Below, in pieces: positions 35,398 to 46,369 of a stretch of 64,000 nucleotides of DNA. The notes under the pieces were generated by a model. That model had not been told where the DNA came from and did no database searches. It worked only from the letters and a program-made list of their open reading frames with translations. A program made the position numbers and the translations under genes. The first letter of the stretch is position 1. Each line of letters opens with the position of its first letter. Where the stretch lies: assembly GCF_009914755.1 (NCBI RefSeq), contig NC_060927.1. One strand, written 5' to 3'. Origin of the DNA: the human T2T-CHM13v2.0 reference genome, Homo sapiens.

Positions 35398-36324
35398 GTC
35401 CATTTTGCATTGCTATAAATAAATTCCTGAGACTCAGTAATTTACAACAAGTTTATTCTGGCTTATGGTCTGTAGACTGTAAAAGATGCATGGCACCAGT
35501 ATCTGCTTCTGGTAAGGACTCAGGAAGCTTTTAGTCATGACAGAAAGGAAAGGGAGCCAGCATGTCACATAGTGAGAGAGTGAGCAAGAGAATGAGAGGA
35601 GGGAGGTACCGGACTCTTTTTAACAACTGGATATCATGTGAACAAATAAAGCAAGAACTCACTCATTATTGCAAGGAGGGCATCAAGCCATTCATAAGAT
35701 CTGCCCCCCATGACTCAAACACCTCCCACTATTGCCCCACCTCCAATATTGGGGATCACATTTTGTACTAGTCAGAGTTCTCTCAAGGAACAGAATTAAT
35801 AGGATAGATGTATATATAAAGGGGAGTTTATTAAGGAATATTGACTCACAAAATTTCAAGTGAGGTCCCACAATAGGCTGTCTGCAAGCTGAGGAGCAAG
35901 GAAGCCAGTCTGAGTCCCAAAACCTCAGAAGTAGGGAAGCTGACAGTGCAGCCTTCAGTCTGTGGCTGAAGGCCCAAGAGTTCTAAAGCTGAAGAGCTTG
36001 GAGTCTGATGTTTGAGGGCAGAAAACATCAGCCCAGGAGAAGGATGTCAGCCAGAAGACTAAGACAGTCTAGTCCTTCCCCATTCCTCTGCCTGCTTTTA
36101 TCCTAGTCATATTGGCAGCAGATTAGATTGTGCCCACCCAGATTGAGGGTGGGTCTGCCTCTGTCAGTCCACTGACTCAAATATTAATCCTTTTTTGGCA
36201 ACACCCTCACAGACACACTCAGGGACAATACTTTGCATCCTTCAATCCAATCAGGTTGATACTCAATATTAACCATTACACATTTCAACATGAGATTTGG
36301 AGGAAAAAATATCTAAACTATATC
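35397..36324 (-). mobile_element. MSTB-like MaLR LTR, split by MLT2A2
   Basis: AGTCCATTTTGCATTGCTATAAA...CCCCACCTCCAATATTGGGGATCA//CATTTCAACATGAGATTTGGAGG. Confidence 0.85.
35764..36280 (-). mobile_element. MLT2A2 solo LTR (HERV-L)
   Basis: TG...CA, perfect TSD CATTT, CAGTGCAGCCTTCAGTCTGTGG segment, TCAATCCAATCA near its 5' end. Confidence 0.9.
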
Positions 36325-36862
36325 TATCTATTTATCTCTACAAAAATTGAATACTCTTCAACTATAAAAAAGAATGAAATCTTGCTGTTATTTGCAACAA
36401 GATAGATGAGCCTAGAGGGTATTTTGTTAAATGAAATGTGACAGGTACAGAAAGATAAATACTGTATGTTCTCATTCATATATAAAAGCTAAAGAGTTGA
36501 TCTCATAGAAGTAAAGAGTAGAATAGTAGTTAATAGAGGCTGGGAAAAGTAAAGGGTGGGGAAATTGGGAGAAGTTGGTTAATGAAAAGAAAATTGCAGC
36601 TAGATAGGAGAAATAAGTTCTAGTGTTCTATAACACTGTAGCGTAACTATAGTTTTAGTAATTTACTATATATTTTCAAATAGCTAGACCAGGGGATTTT
36701 GATATTCCAAACATATAGAATTTATAAATGTTTGAGGTGATAGATATCCTAATTATCCTGGCTTGATACTTACACATTGTGTATATGTATTGAATATCAC
36801 ACTGTACTCCGTAAATATGTTCAATTATGTGCTAATCAACAATGTGAAAAAATAATCTAGCC

Positions 36863-39029
36863 TTACACTGTCTACAAGAGATATATTTCAGATTTAGACA
36901 CAAATAATTTAAAAGAAAAAGGGTGGGAAATGTGTACCATGCAAATAATTACCAAGCAAAAGTTGTAATAGCCATACTGATAACGGATAAAGGAGACTTT
37001 AAGACAAAAATTGTTACTGAAGACAAATAGACAAATGTTATAATAAAATGATTAATCATTAGTAAAATAGAATAAACACATGCAAAAAACAACAGAGACT
37101 TAAAAACCATAAAATAAAAACTGACATAATTTAAAGGGGAAATACACAACTAGGGAATAATAATTGGGGTTTTTAATACATCATTTTTAATAATGAATAG
37201 TGTTATTAGTTAATGAATAGCATATACAAGACTTCAACAGCACCATAAACCAACTAGACCTAACAGACATCAATAGAACACCCCACCCACCAAGAGCAGA
37301 ATACACATTCTTCTCAATTATATAAAGACATTCTCCAGGATAGATCATATTTTATGTCATAAAACAAGCACTGGTAACATTAAAAGGATTGAAATCATAC
37401 AAATCATATTCAATAAGCATGATGTAATTAAATTGAAAATAAAATAGAAGAAATTTTGGGGAATGCCCAAATATTTGGAAGTAAAACTACACTTCTAAGT
37501 AACTAAAACTTCTAACAATAAATCATATTGTAAATTAGAAAATGTTTTGAGATGTATAAAATAGAAACAAACTTACCCAAATTTATGGTTGCAGTAAAGC
37601 AGTTCTCAAAGGGAAACTGCTATATTAAAAAGGAAGAAGCCTCTCAAATCAACATCTCACCTTAAGAAACTACCCATCATAAGATAAATAAAAAGATTTG
37701 TAAATGTCCTTTATAAACAGAAATATATAAGCAAATTAATTAGTTTAGATGAAAGGGACAAATTTCTAGAAAACCACAAACTACCCAAACTGACTCAAGC
37801 AAAAAATAAGAAACTCAAATTAACTAAAAGTGATAAGGAGTCTGAATTAATAAATTTAAATTTTCCCAGAAAAGAAAGCCAAAGATCATATAGCTTCAAT
37901 GGTAAATTCTCCCAAACTTTTAAAGAGGAATTAATATCATCCTTAAGAAATTCTTCCAAAAACAAGAGAGTGAACATTTTACTACATATTCTATGAGGCC
38001 AATAGTACTCTGATGTCAAAAGAAATTACAAAGAAGGAAAAACACAGACCAATATATTAGAAACATAGATATAAAAATACTAGCAAATTTAGTCCAGCAA
38101 CAAATAATTGCATATTTTATGCAACTATACATCATGGTCAAGTGGGGTTTATTCCAGGAATGTAATATTTGCTTAACAAGTGAAAGATAATAAATGTAAG
38201 ACAACCTACCAACAGAATATAGGACAAAAATCTAAAATATTATCAATAGATGCATCAAAGGCATTTATAAAAATCCAACATACTCTAATGATGCAAAAGA
38301 ACACTCAACAAACTAGGAAATAAAGGGAAATTTCTCAACACATAATCAGCATCAATGAAATATTCACAAATAACATTATACTTATAGAAAAAAAATGCTT
38401 TTTCCATAGGATCTGAAACAGGATAAGAAAACCTACTCTCATTGCTTCTATTCAATATTATAAGAATATTTTAAAAATAAATTTTATTTATATATTTTAA
38501 AAATAAAAAATAAAAAATTAAATTAAGAAAACAATTTCATTGACAATAACATCAAAGAGGGCAAAATACATTGGTACAAATATAATATGGAAGCGTAAAA
38601 CTTGTACACTGAAAATTATAACACATTGTAGAAAGAAATAAAAGAGGATCTAAATAATTGGAAATACATCCCATGTATATAAAAGAATGAATATCATTAG
38701 ATTGACATTACTACCAAAATTCATCTACAGATTCAATACAATCTGTCAAAATTTCAATCTCCTTCACAGAAATAGAATGAGACAATCCTAAACTTTATAT
38801 AATACAACAACGACAACAAAAAAAACAAAATAGCCAAAGCAATCTTGAGCAAAAAGAACAAATCTGGAAACATCACATTATCTCAATTTAAAATATATTA
38901 TAAAGCTATAGTAACCAAAACAACATGGCATAAAAACAGACATTTTGACCAATGGAATAGGATAGAGAGCCCAGAAATAAACCCACACATTTATAGTCAA
39001 TTGATTTTTGACAAAGATACTAAGAATAC
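36863..39029 (+). mobile_element. L1M ORF2 remnant (EN-RT)
   Basis: CAACTAGACCTAACAGACATC, CATTCTCCAGGATAGATCATAT. ORF 38845 ([20 protein letters not shown]). Confidence 0.85.
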
Positions 39030-40424
39030 TGTATTAGTCCATTCTCATACTGCTAATAAAGATATACCATAGATTGGGTAATTTATAAAGGAAAGAGTTT
39101 TAATTGAATACAGTTCTGTAGGGCCGGGGAGGCCTCAGAAAACTTACAATCATGGTAGATGGGAAAGCAAACACATCTTTCTTCACATGGTGGCAGCAAG
39201 GAGAAGTGCAGAACAAAAGGGAAAAAGCCCCTTATAAAACCAGCATATCTCATGAGAACTTACTCACTATCACTAGAACAACATGAAGGTAACTGTCCCC
39301 CTGATTAAATTTATCTTTCACCAGGTCCCTCCAAGGACATATGAGGATTCTGGAAAGTATAATTCAAGATGCTATTTGAGTGGTGACACAGCCAAACCTT
39401 ACCATTCTGCCCCATCCTCTCCCAAATCTCATGTCCTCACATTTCAAAACACAATCATGCCCTTCCAACAGTCCCCCAAAGTCTTAACTTATTTCAGCAT
39501 TTACTCAAAAGTTCAAGTCCAAAGTCTCATCTAAGACAAGGCAAGTCCCTTCCACCTACGAGACTGTAAAATCACAAGCAAGTTAGTGACTTCCTAGATA
39601 CAATGCAGATACAGGCATTGGGTAGATACACCAATTCCAAATGGGAGAACTTGGCCAAAACAAAGGGGCTACAGGCCCCACGCAAGTCCAAAATGTAAGA
39701 GGGCAGTCATTAAACCTTAAAGTTACAAAATGATCTCCTTTGACTCCATGTCTCACATCCAGATCACGTTGATGCAACAGGTGATCTCCTACGGCCTTAG
39801 GAAGCTCCACCCCTGTGGCTTTGCAGGGTACAGCCCCCTCCCAGCTGCCTCCACAGGCTGGCATTGAGTTTCTGTGGCTTTTCCATGTGTACAGTGCAAG
39901 TTGTCAGGGGATCTACCATTATGGGGTCTGGAGGTCTGGCCCACTTCTCATAGCTCCACTAGGCAGTGCCCCAGTGGGGACTCTGTGTGGAGGCTTGACC
40001 CTACATTTCCCTTCCACACTATCCTAGCAAAGGTTCTCCATGAGGGTTCCACTGCTGCAGCAGACGTTTGCCTGGACATCCAGGCATTTCCCTACATCCT
40101 CTGAAATCTAGGTGGAGGTTCCCAAACCTTAATTCTTTCCTTCTGCGTACCCACAGGACCAAACCAACTGAAAGCTGCTAAGGCTTGGGGCTTGCACCCT
40201 CTGAAGCAACAGTCTGAGCTGTACCTTGGCCCCTTATAGCCACTGCTGAACTGGGTGGTACTCAGGGTACCAAGTCCTGAGGCTGCACACAGCAGAAGGG
40301 CCCAGGCCCTGGCCAAGGAAATCATTTTTCCCTCCTATGCCTTTAGACATATGATGGGATGGGCTGCCATGAAGGTCTCTGACATGCCCTGGAGATTATA
40401 TACTCATTGTCCTAGTGATTAACA

Positions 40425-40713
40425 TTTTTTTTTTTTTTGAGATGGAGTTTCGCTCTTGTTGCCCAAGCTGGAGTGCAGTGTCAGCTCACTGCAACCTCTG
40501 CCTCCTGGGTTCAAGTGATTCTCCTGCCTCAGCCTCCTGAGTAGCTGGGATTACAGGCACCTGCCATCATGCCTGGCTAATTTTAGTATTTTTAGTAGAG
40601 ATCAGGTTTCACCATGTTAGCCAGGCTGGTCTTGAACTCTTGACCTCAGTTGATCTGCCTGCCTTGGCCTCCCAAAGTGCTGGGATTACAGGCATGAGCC
40701 ACTGCACCTGGCT
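40425..40713 (-). mobile_element. AluSq/Sx in THE1-int
   Basis: Alu dimer with poly-T. TSD (A/G)GTGATTAA(C/T)ATTT at 40414-40427 and 40714-40727. Confidence 0.95.
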
Positions 40714-41236
40714 GGTGATTAATATTTGGCTCCTCATTACTTATGCAAATTTCTGCAATTGGCTTGAATTTCTCCTCAGAAAATGGGTTTTTCTGTTCTA
40801 TCACATCATCAGGTTGCAAATTTTCCAAACTTTTATGCTCTGCTTCCTCTTGAATGCTTTACTGCTTAGAAATTTCTTCCACCAGATACCATAAATCATC
40901 TCTCTGAAGTTCAAAGTTCCACAGATCTCTAGGGCAGGGGCAAAATGCCACCAGTCTCTTTGCATAGCAAGAGTGAACTTTACTCCAGTTCCCAACAAGT
41001 TCCTCATTTCCATCTGAGACCATCTCAGCCAGGACTTCATTGTCCATATCTCTATCAGTATTTTGGTCAAAGCCATTCAACAAGTCTCTAGGAAGTTCCA
41101 AACTTTCCCACATCTTCCTATCTTCTGAGCCCTCCATGTCTCTAGGAAGTACCAAACTTTCTCACATTTTCCTGTCTTTTTCTGAGCCCTCCAAACTGTT
41201 TCAACCCCTGCCTGTTACCCAGTTCCAAAGTTCCAC

Positions 41237-41756
41237 AAGATGTGACTTGCTCCTCACCTTCCTCCATGATTGTGAGGCCTCCACAGCCATGTGGAACTTT
41301 AAATCCAATAAACTTCTTTTTCTTTTGTAAATTTCCCAGTCTTGTGTATGTGTTTATCAGCAGCATGAAAATGGACTAATACACCTCCTCAGCCCTGAGG
41401 AACTGTGAGTCAGTTAAGCCTCTTTCCTTTATAAATTACTCAGTCTCAAGTATGCCTTTATTAACAGCATGAGAACGGACTAATACAGCAAATTGGTACT
41501 GGGTAGTGGGGCACTGCTGTAAAGACATCTTATGTGGATGGCAGAAGGCAGAGAGATTGTGCAGAGAAACTCCCATTTTTGAAACCATCAAATCTCATAA
41601 GACCCATTCACTATCTTGAGAACAGCACAAGAACACCCCCCCCACCCTAGCCCACCATGATTCAGTCATCTCCCTCTGGGTCTCTCCCACAACATGTGAG
41701 AATTATGGGAGCTACAAGATTAGATTTTTGTGGGGACACAGAGCCAAACCATATCA
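41237..41756. mobile_element. THE1A-like solo LTR inserted in the THE1C LTR and split by an inversion
   Basis: 3' part on + at 41237-41383 followed by CCTCC. 5' part on - at 41525-41756 followed by GGAGG, the reverse-complement TSD copy. Confidence 0.85.
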
Positions 41757-43148
41757 GGAGGCTCAGGAAACTTACAATCATGATTGAACGGGAAGCAAAC
41801 ATGTCCTTCTTCACATGGTGGCAGCAAGGAGAAGTGCAGAGCAAAAGGGGAGAAGTCCCTTATAAAACCATCAGATCTCATGAGAACTCACTCATTATCA
41901 TGAGATCAGCATGAAGGTAACTGCCCCCATTATTAAATTACCTCCCACTGGATCCCTACAAGGACATGTGGGGATTATGGGAACTACAATTCAAGATGAG
42001 GTTTGGGTGGGGACACAGCCAAACCATATCAAATACTTATTGGGAAAAGCATAGTCTCTTCATTAAAGGGTTCTAAGAAAATTGGATAGTCACAAGTAAA
42101 AGAATAAAATTGGACTCTTCTCTCACATCCTATATAAAAATCAACTCAAGATGGATTAAAGACTTAAACATAAGACCCAAAACTGTAAAACTACTAGAAG
42201 GAAACATAGAGGAATCCCTCCATAACATGGGTGGGAGCCAAGATTTCTTTGATTTGACCCCAAAAGCACAGGCAATAAAAGCAAAAATAGACAAATGAGG
42301 TTGCATCAAACTAAAAATTTTCTGCACAGCAAATGAAGCAATTAGAGTAAAAAGACAATACACAAATTAAGGGAAAATATTTGGCAACTGTACATCTGAT
42401 AATGGGTTAATATTTCAAATATATAAAGAACTCAAAAGAATTCAACAGCAAAATAGAAAAAAGGAAAAAAATAAAGGAAGCACCTAAATAGACATTTCTC
42501 AAAGGAAGGCATATAAACAGCCAACAATTACAATAAAAAAAAAAGAAAATCAACATGACTAATCAGAGAAATGCAAATTAAAACCACAATAAGCTATCAC
42601 CTCACACCTATTAGGATGGCTATTACCAGAAAGGTGAAAGATAAAAGTTGGTGAGAATGTGGAAAAAAGGCAACACTCGTACACTGTTGGTGGAAATATA
42701 GATTAGTATAGCCATTATGAAAAACAGTATAGTTTCCACAAAAAATTAAAAATAGGATTGCTATATGATCCAAGCAATCCCATTTCTGGATATATAGCGA
42801 AAGGAATTAAAATCAATATGTCAAAGTTATCTGCACTTCTGTGTTCATTGCAGCACTCTTCACAATGGCCAAGGTATGGAAGCAACCTAAGTGTCCATCA
42901 ATGAATAAACAGATAAAATGTGGTGTATTTACATAATGGAATAATAGTCATCCTTTTAAAAAGGAAGAAAATCATGTCATTTGCAACAACATGGATGAAC
43001 ATGAAGGATATTGTGATAAATGAAATAAGCCAGAAATAGAAAGACAAATATTTCATGATCTCACTTATATGTAGAATCTAAAAATGTTAACTCAAAATTA
43101 GTAAAATAGTGGTTACCAAAGTTGGAGATGAAGGTGGGGACTGGTGGG

Positions 43149-43328
43149 TGTTACCCAGTTCCAAAGTTCCACAAGATGTGACTTGCTCCTCACCTTCCTC
43201 CATGATTGTGAGGCCTCCATAGCCATGTGGAACTTTAAATCCAGTAAACTTCTTTTTCTTTTGTAAATTTCCCAGTCTTGTGTATGTCTTTATCAGCAGC
43301 ATGAAAATGGACTAATACACCTCCTCAG
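43149..43328 (+). repeat. 180-bp copy of 41213-41392 (3 mismatches)
   Basis: Direct base-by-base match, offset 1936 bp. Confidence 0.97.
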
Positions 43329-43433
43329 TGTACAAAGTGTGAATTAGAGAGGTCAAGTGTACAAAGTGTGAATTAGAGAGGAGTAAGTTTTCGCAGTCTA
43401 TTGCACAGTATAGTGACTATTGTTGATAATGTA

Positions 43434-44288
43434 AAGTGGGCCCTCAAATAACATCTTTTCACTCAACATCATTTTGTTATTACTTTGATGAGAAAAAAAA
43501 TATGACTCCCAGCTGGGGCCACTCTCTGTGTGGAGTTTGTACATTTTCCTCATGTCTGTGCAGATTTTCTTTGGATACTTTGTTTTCCTCCCACATTTCA
43601 AAGATGTGCACATTAGCTGTACTGGTGCACCATTAGGTCTAAATTGTCCCAATATTAGCAAGTGTGGCTGTGTATGTGAAGGCACCCTGTGATAGAATGG
43701 CATTCTGTCCAGGGTTGGTTCCTATCTTGTGCCTTGAGCTGTCAGGATAGGCTGTAGCCACCCAGACTCTGAACTGGCATAAGCTGGTTGAAAAATGAAT
43801 GAATGAATACAAACTATTGTAAAATAAATATTCAGAAAGTATATGATAATCATACAAGTGGATGACAATAAAGGATGTTGTACAAAAGCACTCAGCAGAC
43901 CCACCCTGATCATTATGGTTATTGAATTTCATGCTGGTAAGAGGTGCTCCTTACAATTTTTGTTTGGCAAACCTTTAGTCCTTGATTTAGCCCACCACCA
44001 CCACTAAAACCATTGTAACTGACTGATTCACCAAAAATTGAGTAAATAATTATCTTGTATTTGTTAATCTTTCTTAAATGTATGTATAGCTCATATTTAT
44101 TTACATGTCTAATATTAGAAGTGTTTTGGGTCTTTACTTGGAAATTTGGTAATGTTTTTCGATCAGATATATGCCAAAGGAACTTCTGTTTATATCAATT
44201 AGCCTATGGTAAAATTGGTTTTATTGTACATTGTTTTGCTTAAAGTCTCAGTTTTCAAGAGCCTATCAACTATACTGAGTACTTAATA
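43434..44288 (+). mobile_element. MER6 (Tigger-family), full length
   Basis: Start AAGTGGGCCCTCAAATAAC, internal TGTGTGGAGTTTGTACATTTTCCTCATGTCTG..TTCCTCCCACAT, end CAAGAGCCTATC..GAGTACTTA. TA flanks, ~855 bp. Confidence 0.9.
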
Positions 44289-44384
44289 TATTGTATATTT
44301 CAAAATTGCTAAGAGAGTAGATTTAAATATTCTCACCACAGAGAATAAGTATGTGTGGTAATGAAAATGTTAATTGGTTTTAAT

Positions 44385-46251
44385 TGAGATTCTATTCCAA
44401 GATGTCCGAATAGGAAAAGCTCTGGTCTGCAGCTCCCAGTAAGATCGACGCAGAAGATGGTGATTTCTGCATTTCCAACTGAGGTACCTGGTTCATCTCA
44501 TTGGGACTGGTTGGATAGTGGGTGCAGCCCATGGAGGGCAAGCCAAAGCAGAGGGGGGCATTGCGTCACCTGGGAAGCACAGAGCAGGGCATCGCCTCAC
44601 CCAGGAAGTGCAAGGGGTCAGGGGATTTCCCTTTCCTAGCAAAGGGAAGCTGTGACAGACTACTTGGAAAATCAGGACACTCCCGCCCAAATACTGTGCT
44701 TTTCCAATGGTCTTAGCAAATGGCACACCAGAAGATTATATCCCGCGCCTGGCTTAGCAGGTCCCATGTCCATGGAACCTTGTTTACTGCTAGCACAGCA
44801 GTCTGAGATTGACCTGTGAGGCAGCAGCCTGGCAGGGGGAGGGGCATCCCTCATTGCGGAGGCTTGAGTAGGTAAACAAAGTGGCCAGGAAGCTCGAAGT
44901 GGGCAGAGTCCACTGCAGCTCTGCAAGGCCTGCTGCTTCTGTAGACGCCACCTATGGGGGGAGAGCATAACAGAACAAAAGGCAGCAAAAACTTCTGCAG
45001 ACTTAAACATCCCTGTCTAACAGCTCTGAAGAGAGCAGTGGTTCTCCCAGCACAGTGTTTGAGCTCTGAGTACTAACAGACTGTCTCCTGAAGTGGGTCC
45101 CTGACCCCCATGTAGCCTAACTGGGAGACACCTCCCAGTAGGGGCCAACTGACACCTCATACAGGCGGGTGCCCCTTTGGGACCAAGCTTCCAGAGGAAG
45201 TATCAGGCAGCAATATTTGTTGTTCTGCAATATTTGCTGTTCTGCAGCCTCCACTAGTGATACCAGAAAATTTTTGCAATCTACCTATCTGACAAAGGGC
45301 TAATATCCAGAATCTACAAAGAACTTAAACAAATTTACAAGAAAAAAATAAACAACTCCATCAAAAAGTGGGCAAAGGATATGAACAGATGCTTCTCAAA
45401 AGAAGACATTTATGCAGCCAACAGACACATGAAAAAAAGGCTCATCATCACTGGTCATCAGAGAAACGCAAATCAAAACCACAATGAGATACCATCTCAT
45501 ACCAGTTAGAATGGCGATCATTAAAAGGTCAGGAAACAACAGATGTTGGAGAGGATGTCGAGAAATAGGAACACTTTTACACTGTTGGTGGGAGTGTAAA
45601 CTAGTTCAACCACTGTGGAAGACAGTGTGGCGATTCCTCAAGGATCTAGAACTGGAAATATCATTTAACCCAGTGATCCCATTACTGGGTATATACCCAA
45701 AGGATTATAAATCATGCTGCTATAAAGACACATGCACATGTATGTTTATTGTGGCACTATTCACAGTAGCAAAAACTTGGAACCAACCCAAATGTCCATC
45801 AATGACAGACTGGATTAAGAAAATGTGGTACATATACACCACAGATTACTATGCAGCCATAAAAAAGGATGAGTTCATGTCCTTTGCAGGGACATAGATG
45901 AAGCTGGAAACCATCATTCTCAGCAAACTAACACAAGGACAGAAAACCAAACACCGCATGTTCTCACTCATAGGTGGGAATTGAACAATGAAAACACTTG
46001 GACACAGGGCAGGGAACATCACACACAGGGGCCAGTTGTGGGGTGGTGGGGGGCAGGGGGAGGGATAGCATTTAGGAGAAATACCTAATGTAAATGACTA
46101 GTTAATGGGTGCAGCAAACCAACATGGCACATGTATACCTATGTAACAAACCTGCATGTTGTGCACATGTACCCTAGAGCTTAAAATATAATAAAAAAAG
46201 AATCATATGGGAAGCATTGACAAATAATAAATCATGTTTAACCTTCAAAAA
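44385..46251 (+). mobile_element. L1PA5-7-like: 5'UTR fused to ORF2 C-terminus and 3'UTR, with 3' transduction
   Basis: 5'UTR CCAAGATG..GAATAGGAA..CTGAGGTAC, junction at 45265-45266, ORF 45484-45897 is the ORF2 C-terminus. TSD AATT(G/A)GTTTTAAT at 44372-44384 and 46252-46264. Confidence 0.95.
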
Positions 46252-46369
46252 AATTAGTTTTAATCATTGCACATGTGTATATATATCATAACATTACATA
46301 TGCCCTATAAATATATACATACTACACAATATATTTGCAATTATTAATTGAAAATATAAATATATATAA

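Larger units (their letters stand above)
33933..36846 (+). mobile_element. L1MA-like element: short 5' head joined to late ORF2 and 3'UTR
   Basis: TSD AAAAAATGATCCAGCC (33917-33932, after TTTT) / AAAAAATAATCTAGCC (36847-36862). ORF2 homology begins abruptly at ~34322. Confidence 0.8.
39030..42031 (-). mobile_element. THE1C-like MaLR, LTR-internal-LTR, rearranged near the right LTR
   Basis: Left LTR 39030-39404, THE1-int from 39405, right LTR remainder 41757-42031. Perfect TSD AATAC (39025-39029, 42032-42036). Confidence 0.92.
42037..44371 (+). mobile_element. L1MA-like ORF2 end and 3'UTR (interrupted; tail resumes at 46265-46360)
   Basis: ORF 42110 ([21 protein letters not shown]). 3'UTR motifs TATTTCAAAATTGCTAAGAGAGTAGATTT. 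Confidence 0.85.

Noticed and set aside
45209-45246. GCAATATTTG(T/C)TGTTCT tandem repeat
   Set aside because: As I recall, this is a normal feature of L1PA5-7 5'UTRs, not locus-specific.
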